This document shows, piece after piece, positions 26,715-40,699 of a stretch of DNA of 64,000 bases. The stretch comes from Eukaryota sp. TZLM1-RC (Eukaryota; Protista; Metamonada: BaSk clade): assembly GCA_040285825.1 (NCBI GenBank), contig JAUPSS010000004.1, positions 1,054,001 to 1,118,000 of the forward strand. Direction: 5' to 3'. The notes below the pieces were generated by a model. That model made no database searches and was not told the origin of the DNA. It saw nothing but the letters and a program-made list of their open reading frames with translations. The stretch's first letter is position 1, and each line of letters begins with the position of its first letter. The translations under genes and the position numbers were made by a program.

Positions 26715-29045
26715 TCACCTTTGTGGACAGGTTCTTTTGTTATGTCCCAAAGCACGACATAGTCCACATCTTTTTTTGGGTTTTGTGGAAATTTGGGGTC
26801 CAGTGTAAAAACTTTCAATTATGAATTTTTCAGCTGGATACTGAATCCACCAAGGAAAACACGATAATTCAACTAAATATTCATTCTTGATTAGTTGAAC
26901 AGACTTGACAACAACCCGATTGATAAATGTTGTTGGAGATATGGAGGAATCTACCAGGCTGTCTTTATCAAATTTAATCAATTGAATAAATTTTAGAGAA
27001 GGGAAGTTTTGTTCAGTGATATTGGTAGGAACATAGCGTTCAATAATGAACTCCTTCAAGTTTGGTAATTGCATTTGAATATTGAAATTTCTGATCAACA
27101 ATAATTCCAATCTAATAATGGATTGAGGTAAATGTAATTGTCCTTTTAATATTCCTTCAGAAAAACCAATTGATGGTACCAAATTATTTAATGATGGTAG
27201 ATAACTTAAATCAGCAACTTGAATTAAATCATTCTTAAGCACTAACTTCACTAGTGAAGTGGGTAATTTTTCTATATGGATTTCAAAGTCAAGTTCCAGA
27301 CATTTCAGATGTGATAAATGTACCAAATTTATAGAGTTTCGACCAAATCTACACCTTCCACCAAGCTTAACAACCTCAACATTTGGGAAAAATGATAAAA
27401 ATTGTGGATCATAATCAACTTCATCATAGTAAACATCAAGTTGTTTAATTCTGGTATTAATTACTTTGAGGCCAATATAATCAGTAGATAATTGCAAATG
27501 TAAATCGCAAATATTTTCGTTTAAATTTAAATCTTGAGGATCTTTTAAAAACATCTTGTTTTGAATTGGATGAACATTGAAAACTTCTTGAGCAAATTGA
27601 GCTACCCTTTTACTAATACCACATTTGGTGTAAAATTTTGCTTTAACATATGGATGATTTCCAAACAGCTTTTGCAAATAATTTAAATATTCCCAATAAA
27701 CAAGCTTAATTAGAACACTAAACATTCTGTCCAAAGGTTGTTTTGGATAATGAAATGTGCCAAGTATCTCAGACCCAAATACTTTGACAGGTTGTGGTCG
27801 ATCAATCAAATCACCAGTACCTAATTGACCTTTATCGTTCCTTCCCCAAGCCCAAACAGTGCTTTTGTTGTAGGCAAAAAGAAAGTTGATACCTACTGAA
27901 ATCCCTTCTATATTAGTGAAAGCTTCAATACATCTTGGTTCATCACTGTATTCATAAAACTCACTTATTCTACTCAACTCACCCCACACAAAAACTTTAC
28001 CACTATTATCAAGAGCGGCATAGAAAACATCAATAACAACATTACCAGCTACACAGCAATTATTCCCAGTAATAGAAACAATATTAGTTAAACCTGAAAC
28101 TCTAATGGGTTTGTTATTGAAAGGATCGTTCTGATTATTTCCTCTTTGAAACTGCCAAACATCACCTTTATTGTCAGTTATCAAGAGGTAATCAGTATTA
28201 CGATATCGTCCACCTCTCAAACCATAAACTAAAGGTATGGAACCCTCAAATGGTGACATTGGAGTTGTATACTTGGTTACTGATAGCTTGAGGGAATATT
28301 GTAGGTTACAGAGATAACAATAACCATATCTATCAATTGCGACAAATGAATTATGAATCATAGAGATGAAAACAATATTATTTAATCCTTTAATTAATTT
28401 AAATGATTTACCATTTCCCCATTTAATAACTTGACCTTCATGGGTTAAAGCAAATGAACATCGACTACCGTAAACTTGCTTGATATTGTAAGGAACGTTG
28501 ATAGGGGTAATTGGTAGGGACTTAAAGCTTGACATATTGATTTGGTTATCCCTATTCCAACCCCATCCATATAACTGACCATCAGAACAGAGGGCAAGGG
28601 AGTGCATAGCACCAGCTGAAATAGAAATGATACTTTTTAAAGATGATTTGATTGGTGATTTGATTGTTTGAGGTCCATTATAAAGAACTTGACCATCATA
28701 ATTATACCCCCAACCATAAACATCACCAGAATAGGTGAGGAGAAGGGAATGTGCATCACCAACAGATATGGACTTAACCCCAACCATTATGCCCGATCGG
28801 TCGGGTATTGTATCGGCTGTTTTCTTATCAGAATAGTTTCTCATGGAAGATCTAGAAGCAGGTTCTTCATCATAGCTGAGCTCCATTGCTGTTGAAAAGG
28901 GGGCATGTGAAGGAAGGGAATGGAGTTGGGAAGATGTGATACATTGAGAGAATGCATTAGACTCACCTGGCAAATCCGACAGCAAAGGTGGAGAACCTCG
29001 ACGGCGACGCTTGGGTGGAGGAGAAGAGTGGATAGACATTGACAC
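26715..29045 (-). CDS. RCC1/BLIP-II repeat protein with LRR/FNIP-like C-terminal region and a terminal CCHC zinc knuckle
   Basis: ISVGDAHSLLLT..GDVYGWGYN.DGQ and VWAWGRNDKGQLGTGD; LPTSLVKLVL-type repeats; ends CGLCRALGHNKRTC; N-terminal PPKRRRR (NLS-like). Confidence 0.85.
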   Translation of the reverse strand: MSMSIHSSPPPKRRRRGSPPLLSDLPGESNAFSQCITSSQLHSLPSHAPFSTAMELSYDEEPASRSSMRNYSDKKTADTIPDRSGIMVGVKSISVGDAHSLLLTYSGDVYGWGYNYDGQVLYNGPQTIKSPIKSSLKSIISISAGAMHSLALCSDGQLYGWGWNRDNQINMSSFKSLPITPINVPYNIKQVYGSRCSFALTHEGQVIKWGNGKSFKLIKGLNNIVFISMIHNSFVAIDRYGYCYLCNLQYSLKLSVTKYTTPMSPFEGSIPLVYGLRGGRYRNTDYLLITDNKGDVWQFQRGNNQNDPFNNKPIRVSGLTNIVSITGNNCCVAGNVVIDVFYAALDNSGKVFVWGELSRISEFYEYSDEPRCIEAFTNIEGISVGINFLFAYNKSTVWAWGRNDKGQLGTGDLIDRPQPVKVFGSEILGTFHYPKQPLDRMFSVLIKLVYWEYLNYLQKLFGNHPYVKAKFYTKCGISKRVAQFAQEVFNVHPIQNKMFLKDPQDLNLNENICDLHLQLSTDYIGLKVINTRIKQLDVYYDEVDYDPQFLSFFPNVEVVKLGGRCRFGRNSINLVHLSHLKCLELDFEIHIEKLPTSLVKLVLKNDLIQVADLSYLPSLNNLVPSIGFSEGILKGQLHLPQSIIRLELLLIRNFNIQMQLPNLKEFIIERYVPTNITEQNFPSLKFIQLIKFDKDSLVDSSISPTTFINRVVVKSVQLIKNEYLVELSCFPWWIQYPAEKFIIESFYTGPQISTKPKKRCGLCRALGHNKRTCPQR

Positions 29046-29711
29046 GTTCTTTTCTTGCTCATAACGGAAATCACAGTAGTGATGAATTAGGATAGTTTAT
29101 TTAAGTATGTGTGAAGAAATACATTCCTTGAAGTTATTGTAGAAAGGTTCTTTCTCATGATACATCAATCATGTGTGTATTATTGGCAGAGATCAGCTTA
29201 GCTAGAACAAAATAATGGATATTGTGCCGAACTCATGGACAACCATTTTTCTGATCATCCACTGATTCACCAAATTCTTAACGGAAATTCATTCATTGAT
29301 TTTACTGCTAAACTGAATCTGAACAAATACTAGGCATTTATGAGAATTTGATTTGCTACTTCAAATTAAGTTTTACTTATTATTTTGTGAATTTTACATT
29401 GTAAATTCTCAATGAATGTGGCTAATTGCTTGTTATTTCCAAATAGATAAGCATAAAATTTGACTAAAATAGAGTCTGATTAAACCATACATTTAACCAT
29501 TCTCAGTTCCAGTTGAATACCAAGATTTGATGAGTACAAGAACCATCAAAGGAACTAAACTGAATTGTATAGACGTTGACACATTTTGTGACTCTTCTTT
29601 TGGAGGGCAAGATTATCTATGAACATTTCAGGTGTGTTCAGATTGTGCATCTTCTGTCATAATAATTCAAATTTTGTCTACACTTTAACTTTCCCTGGCA
29701 ATTCAATCAAC

Positions 29712-29746
29712 CAATCCAGACCCAGGTTCGATTCCCGTTAGCTGCA
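29712..29746 (+). pseudogene. Second degenerate orphan tRNA 3' half (Gly-like end)
   Basis: ccagacccaggttcgattcccgttagctgca; no 5' half seen. Confidence 0.45.
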
Positions 29747-29994
29747 ATTTTGTTCCAAATTATAAATTGAGTTGAATAACATTTGTTTGGTGAATAATTT
29801 GCAGTATGAAATTTGTGATAAGAACAAATTCAAATAACTTTTTCGCAATAATCAAAACATCCAACAATTTGTTTTAAAGGTTAATTGATTTTCAAAACTG
29901 CAATCTAACAATCAATATCTTCAAAGAAAGCTACAAAACCACCACAACGTAGAACACTAATGTTTTCTTAATGTGCACTGGCGAAAATCAGACC

Positions 29995-30810
29995 TTTGGG
30001 AATCATTTTAGGAATTGCTTAAAAAATAGTAAAAACAATACGATTTAACTTGATAACAAGTACACTATCCAAACATTACAGAAACGATTGACTAAAATGT
30101 ATGAAAATGATCTTTATAAAGATATATGCATCTCGACTGTTTTAAATCATAACCTCCGTTCATTGTTATTGTTATTGTTATTGGAAAAGGGTGTTTGTGA
30201 AAACAAGTCATCAGATTCTTCACTGTTTGTAACCATTGTACCACGAAGATTTGGACTGTGTGCTACTGATGAAGCTTTTGTAACAAAAATGAGATTATAT
30301 TTGAATATCCCCATTAATCAATTATTATTGAAAGAAAAATGTATTTGTTCGAATTCACCTCAACTCACTTTGCACCATGCTCTGAATTGTTCTAAATTGA
30401 TAACTTTTTGTTTTTCACTACATGATGCTGTTAGAGACACTGTTTTTAATATGACACAAACTGCAAGAATTTCGTGTAACAAAGAGCCTCTGCTGAAAGA
30501 AATACTGTCATTGAATTTTTTGGCTCTGATGACAGAAAAGGTAACTTAAAATCCTTTTACCATTAGTTCTAATTGTTATCTTACTGAACTTCGTTTTCTC
30601 ATCAACATTATTGATAACATTATTGTGTGGTACAATGGTTACAAATAGTGAAGAATCTGATGACTGGTTTTCACAAACACCTTTTCCAATAACAATGAGT
30701 GAAGATCTTGATTTAAAACAGCCGAGCTGCATATATTATTATAAAGATCATTTTCATACATTTCAGTCAATCGTTTCTGTAATGTTGAAGAGTGTATTTT
30801 AAATTTAAAC
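29995..30810. mobile_element. Degenerate cluster: family E fragment (-), family C fragment (+, 30058-30540) and an inverted family C fragment (-, 30625-30810)
   Basis: EKGVCENKSSDSSLFVTIVP is encoded on both strands; matches 49090-49560. Confidence 0.8.
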
Positions 30811-30909
30811 AAGTGCATTTTTGAAATGCTGCCAACTCTAATGAAATGAAATTAAAGGATCTGAAGTGAAACTATTTCGGATACTATCCGCTTTTCCTCT
30901 TCAATTGTC

Positions 30910-32085
30910 ATGGATAACCACAGTCAAATGTCCCACACCAAGCTCAGGACTCAGACTTTTGCAACTGAAGCCATTGCTCTTCACGTCCCCCTTCGCCTTT
31001 TAGCATCTGCCAAGAAGACACTTTCCCCACATCTTCTAGGAATCAAAGGTGTTTCATCCATTAGACCTTGTCCTGAAGATACTACCATTAAATACGTTCT
31101 AGTCAAGCACTCTGATCCTCTCCCTTGTGATGTCTTGTCATTCCTCGCTTCTCATTCTCTCACACACAGTCCCTACACACTTCATCGTTCTTATGATGAA
31201 CTCACTGTTGCTGAAGCTCTGCGTCATCTACTACCATCCTCCATTCCCATTCCCTCTTCATATGAGACTGTTGGCCACCTCATTCATCTTAACCTTCTTG
31301 AAGAGCACGAACCGTTCAAGTTTGACATTGGAAGGGTGTTTTTAGATAAGATTAAGTCAGTTAAAACAGTGGTTAACAAGAGTAGCTCAATTTCTAATCA
31401 ATTTAGGGTGTTTCCAATGGAATTTTTGGCTGGAGAAGAAAATACAATTGTAAAAGTAAAAGAAAATGGAATTATATTCAGTTTCGATTTCAAATTAGTT
31501 TATTGGAATTCAAGGTTACATAAGGAGCATGAGAGACTTGTCAATCACATCATCAAACAATCAAACCACCAATCAAACCACTCAGTTGCCGATGTATTTG
31601 CTGGAATTGGACCTTTTGTTTTGCCACTGTCGAAAGAATTAAATGGTGTAATTTATGCAAATGATTTAAATCCAGACAGTGTTAAATTTATGAAACAAAG
31701 TATTTCTTTAAATAAAATTAGTAATGATAACTTACAGATATTTAATCTCGATGGAAAGGAATTTATTGGTAAAATGATGGAAAAAGAGGTTCAACCTGAT
31801 CATTTTATTTTAAATTTACCGGCAAATTCAATTGATTTTGTTGAAGAATTCAAAAAATATGAAATAAGAAAAAAAATAGAGGTTCATATTTACGCTTTTT
31901 CTAGGCAATCAGATCCTTGTGATGATGTGATCAATCAAATTGTTTCTATTTTAGGTAACATCGAGGTCAGGGGGTCATTTATAGTTCGTGATGTGGCACC
32001 TAATAAGTCAATGGTAAGGGTTGATTTTGCTTTAAACAGTAGGGTCTCTGAAGTTCCTCCTATTAAACAGAAAAGGGTTGAGTGA
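30910..32085 (+). CDS. TRM5: tRNA (guanine-37-N1) methyltransferase
   Basis: SYETVGHLIHLNL, VYWNSRLHKEHERL, DVFAGIGPF, ANDLNP, LNLP and VRDVAPNK motifs. Confidence 0.92.
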   Translation: MDNHSQMSHTKLRTQTFATEAIALHVPLRLLASAKKTLSPHLLGIKGVSSIRPCPEDTTIKYVLVKHSDPLPCDVLSFLASHSLTHSPYTLHRSYDELTVAEALRHLLPSSIPIPSSYETVGHLIHLNLLEEHEPFKFDIGRVFLDKIKSVKTVVNKSSSISNQFRVFPMEFLAGEENTIVKVKENGIIFSFDFKLVYWNSRLHKEHERLVNHIIKQSNHQSNHSVADVFAGIGPFVLPLSKELNGVIYANDLNPDSVKFMKQSISLNKISNDNLQIFNLDGKEFIGKMMEKEVQPDHFILNLPANSIDFVEEFKKYEIRKKIEVHIYAFSRQSDPCDDVINQIVSILGNIEVRGSFIVRDVAPNKSMVRVDFALNSRVSEVPPIKQKRVE

Positions 32086-32905
32086 TGATGTGTCATAACG
32101 TGGTTAGTTTTTAGTATTTTAATTTTAAATCATTTCTGTGGATTTTTCCATTTACTTATGATGGTGGTTATTCAAAAACATTGATCTATTATTATTAATA
32201 TAATAAATCAATACAACCAATAAAAATGAATAATTTATTAATTTTGTTTCTGACCACATTATCAGAGTTTAAAAGTAACTTTAGCACCATTTCCAATAAA
32301 CTATTTATGAGAACCTGAAGTTTACTGGAGGTCAGAATATCATGACAGCAAGAGCAGAGGTGGCCTCATTGGATCCTTTTACTGATTGAGGGAAAGAAAG
32401 TGGTAATGACATGGAGACCGTTGTAGCTTTGAACAAATTAAATTGGATTTTAATAAATGTTAAAAACGAAACCGTGCGATTTTCAGAAATCATAGTGTAT
32501 AAATTTGTAATAAAAACTGCCATAAAAACTGTTCTGAAAAGGATTATAGTCAATGATACTGTTTTTGATCATGATTTGATTAATGGACCTATGTGAAACA
32601 CGCTGAGCTGAAAAGATTTGGATATAAAGTCGAAAAAGACAGTATTTGCTCTGTCAATTACCATACTAACACCACCAATTCTTTTTTCCAGATCATTTTA
32701 TTAACCATAGCAAAAAACATTTTACCAAGGGTCTTCCAAAGCTGAAATAAACAACAAAAGTTGAATGAAATCACAAATCATGAATAATAAATTATTGTAA
32801 AAGTAAATAAATTTTAAGTTTATCAAATAAATTATTTTTAATAAAATATAAAATACAAATTACGAATATATGAACAAATACATTTTCAATTTAAATAGAA
32901 CATCA

Positions 32906-33883
32906 CTACCAACGCCTTGAATATTCAAAATTTTGGCTATCAAATTTTCGACTCCTAACTGCATCCAATGCCTCATCAAAATCATCATCAACTTCCCTTA
33001 ATGATTGTCGAGCTCTTTCCAGTTTAGAACTTAAATCTTGACCTTTTAGCACCTTATTTAACTGTCTAAATGATTGAGTGGATGATTGATTGGATGATTG
33101 ATTGGATGTTTTGACTTTAACAGACTTTTTCATTGGTTGTCGCTTGGTTTTTGACTGTTTCCCTTTCTTCCCAGTCATAGTTACCTTTTTCTTTTGGGCG
33201 GTATTTTTGACCTTTTGATGACGAGATGATGACATGTCAGTGACTGGATTCCAGTCAACATGGTTGGGTTCTAAATTAAAAGTCTTAGCTCCATCAACAG
33301 TATCAATGGTATCAAATGTTTCAATGGTATCAACAGTCGCAGCATTTGATTGAACCTCATGTTCATCATTTGGGTGGTTTGGTGACGTTATCATTTGCTG
33401 TGGTGACGTGTCTTGACGTGGAGAATTCGCTAGTGGAGGAGTAGGCGGTGCTGCAAAGGTAGGTGAAAAGGTACCATTATTGGGACTAAATTTGGTGACG
33501 TGTGGTGACGTGGAATTATGTGGTGATGGGGCAGTTATGGTTTGTCGTATTGTTTGAGAGAGCAAAGAGAACCGACCAACAAGATCCTGGTCGTCCTGAT
33601 ATTGATTAGGGCCAGGGTTAGGATATCTTTGTGCAGGAGTAGGTGTGTGGGGAGCGAAGGACCGCTGTGTTGAACATGGCCGAAAAACAGGGGAGGATGT
33701 TGATGAAGGATCTATACAACGAAGAGTAGCACGCATGAGATCTACCTTTTCATTGAGTGTAGATGGAGTACGTGAATGCTGAAGAGGGGAAGGTTTGGTT
33801 AAGGGAGATATTGGTGGCACAATTCTTGAACTATGACTCAGGAGGCTACTGAAATGAGGATTGTGGGCAAGAGGTGAAGGCAT
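32906..33883 (-). CDS. Hypothetical low-complexity Ser/Pro/Lys-rich protein
   Basis: 325-aa open frame with a C-rich 5' end like neighbouring host genes; no recognised domain. Confidence 0.6.
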   Translation of the reverse strand: MPSPLAHNPHFSSLLSHSSRIVPPISPLTKPSPLQHSRTPSTLNEKVDLMRATLRCIDPSSTSSPVFRPCSTQRSFAPHTPTPAQRYPNPGPNQYQDDQDLVGRFSLLSQTIRQTITAPSPHNSTSPHVTKFSPNNGTFSPTFAAPPTPPLANSPRQDTSPQQMITSPNHPNDEHEVQSNAATVDTIETFDTIDTVDGAKTFNLEPNHVDWNPVTDMSSSRHQKVKNTAQKKKVTMTGKKGKQSKTKRQPMKKSVKVKTSNQSSNQSSTQSFRQLNKVLKGQDLSSKLERARQSLREVDDDFDEALDAVRSRKFDSQNFEYSRRW

Positions 33884-34327
33884 TGATAGTTTAAATTACT
33901 GCAAAAGTTTTGCAGCAAAACTATACATTGTTTCTCAACTTTTGCATTCGCTACTCGTGATAATGTATTGAGGTTTCGTTGTTGAATCGGACTCATAAGT
34001 ATACCATCACCTTCAGAATCCTTATCAACATCTCTCTGAAGTTGGTCAATAAACAAATATTTACAACTGTCATAACTCTACCTGCATTTCGAATTTTATC
34101 AATCATCAACAATGGTAATGTTACAATAAGAACTGCTTAACATTGACTACAAATGTCAAGACAACAACGTTAAGTTGTTTAAACCGCAAGTTTTCATCAC
34201 AACCAAATATGATCGTTGAAACAGTTTTTTGCTGCAGGTTCAGTGTTGTTTCACAATGTGTTATTTTAAAGGGAAAATAACGCAAAATATCAAAAATAAA
34301 AGCAGATTTATTACTTGAAAATTTCAT

Positions 34328-35696
<1,369 letters not shown>

Positions 35697-36204
35697 CTAA
35701 TAGTACAGAAAATAATAAGGAAAGATTCTTGTTCTGAGATAAACCTCAATAACGTAGAATACATTTCCATTTTACCTTGTCGACATCATGATATATCTAT
35801 CAATTAAGAACCTTACAACAACTCACATTTGCCGAGGTCATTACCTCCCCCCCCCACTTTTATGTTTCAAAATCTTTTTGGATTTGTTTGAGAAATTTTT
35901 GTTCCGGGGGATTTCACGGCTTGAAGAGATAGACCACTATTGCAGAAACGAACCATAGTTTTTCTTCTTTCAAAGAAACGTTTAATTTTGTTAATAAAAC
36001 TAGTCAGTCTCTTTTGTCTTAGTATGAAACAATCAAACTCATTTCTTCTCAGTTATGTTCTTGTACCACGTTGCAGGTTTGTACACATAATTAAAAATAT
36101 TGAGACCCTTTCTCAGATTCAGAAACATAAGAATGATTTCACAGAAATTTAACTAAAGTAAATTTTTGCATTTCGTAGTTGGTTAAAATTTACTGAACAT
36201 GCGC

Positions 36205-36425
36205 GCTGAATGCAATTAATTCATAACTAGGGTAGCTAATGGGACGAATATCATTGAACCAAGTTTTCATCTACTAAATCTTGATCTGCTTGATTTTTAG
36301 CTAAAGCTTCTCCTATTCGATTGAAAAACCGAAGAAATCTATTAATAATGGCAAATTGAATCCGAGAGTGCCATAAAAAATATCAAATCTTTTCATTGTT
36401 ACTTAAACATTGTTAATCAAATAGT
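36205..36425 (-). mobile_element. Diverged family C 3' fragment with a foreign 5' segment
   Basis: Homologous to the C end (tcattgaaccaag, gggacga); the same junction ttgttacttaaacattgttaatcaaatagt recurs at 57753-57782. Confidence 0.75.
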
Positions 36426-37082
36426 TGCAGAAGATTACTGGGTAGAATTCGCAACCAAATGAACCAAAACCTTATATAGATGCGATCAAAAATGATTAAC
36501 CATTAAAAACAAAACAACAACAGATTTACAATGGAAGCAATTCAGGAACTCCAAATGCATAGTATATGTAGATAAGTGAAGAGAATAATAATGTAAATGG
36601 ACCATGATATTCCAATGCTCCTAAATTTAATATTGTTGATCTATGAAGTTTTTGGTTAAATAATATACCTCAAATGCAATTCAATGTATATAAAATTAAA
36701 AAAGATTTCCTTGTGCTTAAACACTAGAGCGGAAAAACACAATAAACTATAACATTTTGCTATATCTATAATCAAAAAATAAACCCATCCACGGCTTTCA
36801 ATGAATGTTATCACATACAACTCAAACCCAAACAACTGGTCACAGCAAAGGAGAATTCAACCCACTACCATTTTCCCAATCCCATTTTATGAGATGGTGA
36901 AAACAAAGCCTTTCCGGAAGTCCCACACCTTGAAAGCATTGAGAAGGGATCTCGACAGGGAGAAGACAGTGGGGGTGCAGGAAGTGTCTCTAACGGTGAT
37001 GGATGCGTAGTTATGTGTCAGGCTGTTGTTTAGGAATTGAAGTACAAAATTTAGTTTTCAGTTTTGTGTTTTACCCTCAAAC

Positions 37083-39483
37083 ATGGGTGGTTTCCTATCT
37101 CAACCACTACCAGAAGTGCCTGACCATGAGACAACGTCACCATCAAATTCTGAATCTATTTGTCTATATTGTGAATCACACCAACCTAACACTTCAATGT
37201 CCGACTATCGAGTCAATGCACGCAGCCGCTCGCATCCAAGCCATTTTACGTCTTCTCCACCCGCAAAGCGCCGCCGTGAAGCTCTGGCTTCTCCATCCAA
37301 TTATGATTCCACGCCACCACACTCTCACTGCTCCCTGAATGTCCATCACCCATCACACTCATTCTCATTTGCATCTTCCTTGAATGCACTGAAAGACGTT
37401 AGTACTTGCCAATCTGATGTTAGGTCGGCCGACTTAATCTCCGATCGATCGGTCCTCATGTTTGGGGTCAAGTCCATTTCTGTGGGTGTTGACCAAACAC
37501 TTCTTCTGACCCATTCTGGTGAGGTTTATTGTTGGGGGAACAATTGTTATGGTGAAGTTCTTCCTTATGGACCTGAAATAATCAAATTACCAATCAAATT
37601 ACCCTTGTACGGTTTAATTAGTATATCAGCTGGTGATAGTCATTTACTTGCCCTTTCTTCTGAAGGTAAGTTATATAAATTGGATAGGACAGTATTTGAA
37701 TGTGAAAGGGAGATGGCTTATGCACTGAATCCTATGTCAATTAATATTCCTTACAGCATTAAGGAAGTTTATGGTGGTGATGAGGCTTCAATTGCTCTAA
37801 CCCATGATGGTAGGGTTGTTGCAATGGGATGTCACAACTCCTATCATTTAATTAAAGAATTAGTTAATGTCGTTTGTATTTCTGTGTGTGATGATTGTTT
37901 TGTAGCAGTTGATGGGAATGGCGATTTCTTCTATTGCGATATAAGTATTGAAACTAGCTATGATTCTGATGACTTCCCATCTTTGGAATATGAAGTGTCC
38001 TGCACCACCAAAATCGCAGTAACCAAATACATTACCCCTAATGAATCACTTCAGTGTTTTTTTTCCTTGGTTGGTAGTCGTTTTTATGTTGTAGATATAA
38101 CTGGTGATGTTTGGGAGTTTGTCAAGGGCAGGTATGATGATTCATTCAATAACCAACCCACCAAAGTTCCGGGGTTAACTAATATTGGTTATATTATTGG
38201 TTATGATATTTGTGCTGCCATTGATAACAATGGTAAGGTTTTTGTTTGGGGTGATTTGAGTAGAATCAGTGATTTGTATCAGAACACTAGTCACCCCTTA
38301 ATGATTGAAGCTTTCACTAATATAGAAGGTATTTCTGTAGGTCGTGACTTCCTTTTTGCCTACAACAAAAACACTGTTTGGGCTTGGGGAAGGAACGATG
38401 GAGGTCAATTAGGTATAGGTGATTTGATTGATCGACCACAACCTGTCAAATTATCATGTGGGTCTGAAATACTTGGTAGTTTCCAATATCCAAAACAACC
38501 TATGGACAGAATGTTTAGTGGTCTAATCAAATTAATTTACTTTGAATATTTACAATATTTGAATTTGTTTGGTAACCGTCTTTATTCAAAAGCCAGATTC
38601 TATACCAAATGTGCAATTAGCAAGAAAGTGGCTCAATTTGCTAAAGAAGTGATCAATAGTTTCGAATTTTTAAAAGATCCTCGAGATTTGACTTTAAACG
38701 AAAATATTTGTGATTTACAATTACGATTATCTACTCATTATAATGGTCCCAAAGTAATTAATACTAGAGTTCAAAAACTTGATGTTTGCTTTGATGAATT
38801 TGTTTATGATCCACAAATATTGTCATTTTTTCCCAAATGTTGAGGTTGTTAAGCTTTGTGGAGAGTCAAGATATAATAGAAGGTTATCCTTGACACATTT
38901 GTCAAATCTCAAATGTTTGGAGCTTAGTTATGGATTCGATATAGAACAATTACCCCCTTCACTAGTGAAGTTGGTGCTTAAAGATCCTCACATTGAGGTC
39001 ACTGATTTAAGCTACCTTACATCATTAAAAGAGCTGGTGTTATTTTTTGATATTTCACTAAGTATATTAGAATCACAAATTCCTTTGCCTCAATCCATTG
39101 TTCGGTTGGATGTTTGGTTGAATAACCCTGTCAATATTCAATTACCCAACATCAAGGAATTGATAATTCATGAAGCAATTCCTACCAATATCACTGAACA
39201 AAACTTTCCTTCTTTAAAGTTTATTCAATTGGTTAAACCTGATGAAGGTACATTTTTTCATTCTTCACTATCTCCAACAAAGTTCATTAATGAAGGGTTA
39301 ATTCAATCTGTCGAGCGATTTGGGAATGAATTTTTGCTGGAATTGTCTTGTTTTCCATGGTATATTCAATATCCAGATGATATTTCTTCCCTGTCCACGT
39401 TCAAAAGGCTTAAGTCATTTTGCTTAATGATCAAGATTCCAAAACTTCTATTTATGAAATCAGAAAATTGTTACCTAAAGTAG
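37083..39483 (+). CDS. RCC1-repeat/LRR-like paralog of 26715-29045; frameshift in a T-run near 38830
   Basis: Collinear with the paralog (PPAKRRR, VWAWGRNDGGQLG, FPNVEVVKL, FPWYIQYP); T6 here versus T5 in the paralog. Confidence 0.8.
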
Positions 39484-39662
39484 GTGATGAAGTAATAATT
39501 ATTGAATCCAAAGAAGACCCAGAATTGATTGGTTCCATGGGAATTTTGAAGTATACTAGTGGCCGAGATGCAGTTGTTATGGATGGTGGTCCATCAGACC
39601 TGAAAATTGTTAATATTGAAGACATTGCGAGGATCTATAAGCATTTTGTTCAGAGTGGGTAA
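39400..39662 (+). pseudogene. C-terminal KOW-like fragment (SPT5-like or KIN17-like)
   Basis: LPKVGDEVIII..IGSMGIL....GRDAVV..LKIVNIEDIARI resembles terminal KOW domains; no N-terminal part. Confidence 0.45.
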
Positions 39663-40699
39663 TAAATTTTACATTTTAGTTTTGTTTTTCCATTCGTGGG
39701 TATTCATTTTGAATTATGATACAAGTACATTCAACTGTGATATAAGGTTTTTAATTTATGAAACAAAGAAAGATCTGGGCCCAGTAACGTGCCTCATAAT
39801 TTGATTTGCAAATGTGGCTCAAAAATTTCTCAAAATCATCTGTTCAACTATAAATACTTGTTTACTGTCGGATAAAAAATCCATGATGCAGTTAGTAATC
39901 AACTCTATTGTATTTCTAAGTCTCAATAATTGCCATTTATTGAGAACATAGTTGAAGATTACACTCAAACCCATTTTGCCATGACGGCGGTGTACATGGG
40001 GTGTTCACTCCTTGCAAATTATTTTGTCATCATTTGTAAGATCTTTCAATGAAACTATAACTAAATGCAAAGTGGATTTTTTAAGACCAATAATCATAAA
40101 TTACATCATCAAAGTCTAGGTTGTTTCGGTTCGGGATATTGTTCCCCAACTATATACATTATCTTCTTCAAACGGCAATTTGTTTTCTACTCACAAGCAT
40201 TGTTTCTTTTACTTGTTCTTCCACTACATCATCATCACTGTCGTTTTTTTTGCTTTTCAAGGCAGATTTTCTCTATTTCATCTGCAAACAATCATCTTTA
40301 TCAACAGTTATTTCTTCCACTTGTCTTTGGCCAAACTATCTTTCAATTTCTTCAAAGTTCCTAACAATGTTCTCTTCCAAAACTTCATTGACTGCATTCA
40401 AGGTATAAAACTTTGGCTGCTTTGTTAGTAGAGTTTTGTTGAAGTAGATATTCAACACCTTGTCTAAAACCTCTTGTGTACTATTCAGACGACGGTCACT
40501 AGTGACTGAAACTCAGCTGACCAATACTGCTCTCTTATGGAAGCAGATCTTGTTGCACTGGTCGTTTTCAGGACTACAATGGACAGATTAGGATACTTTT
40601 GTCCATGTTTTGGCCACCAATGATGAGGTGGAAATGACTTTGTATCTTCCTCATTATAAGAATCGAAACTTTAACAACTAAATTCTTTTCAGAAGTATG

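Noticed and set aside
32230-32790. Possible decayed secreted-protein gene on the - strand
   Set aside because: Too many stops and no identifiable homology by eye.
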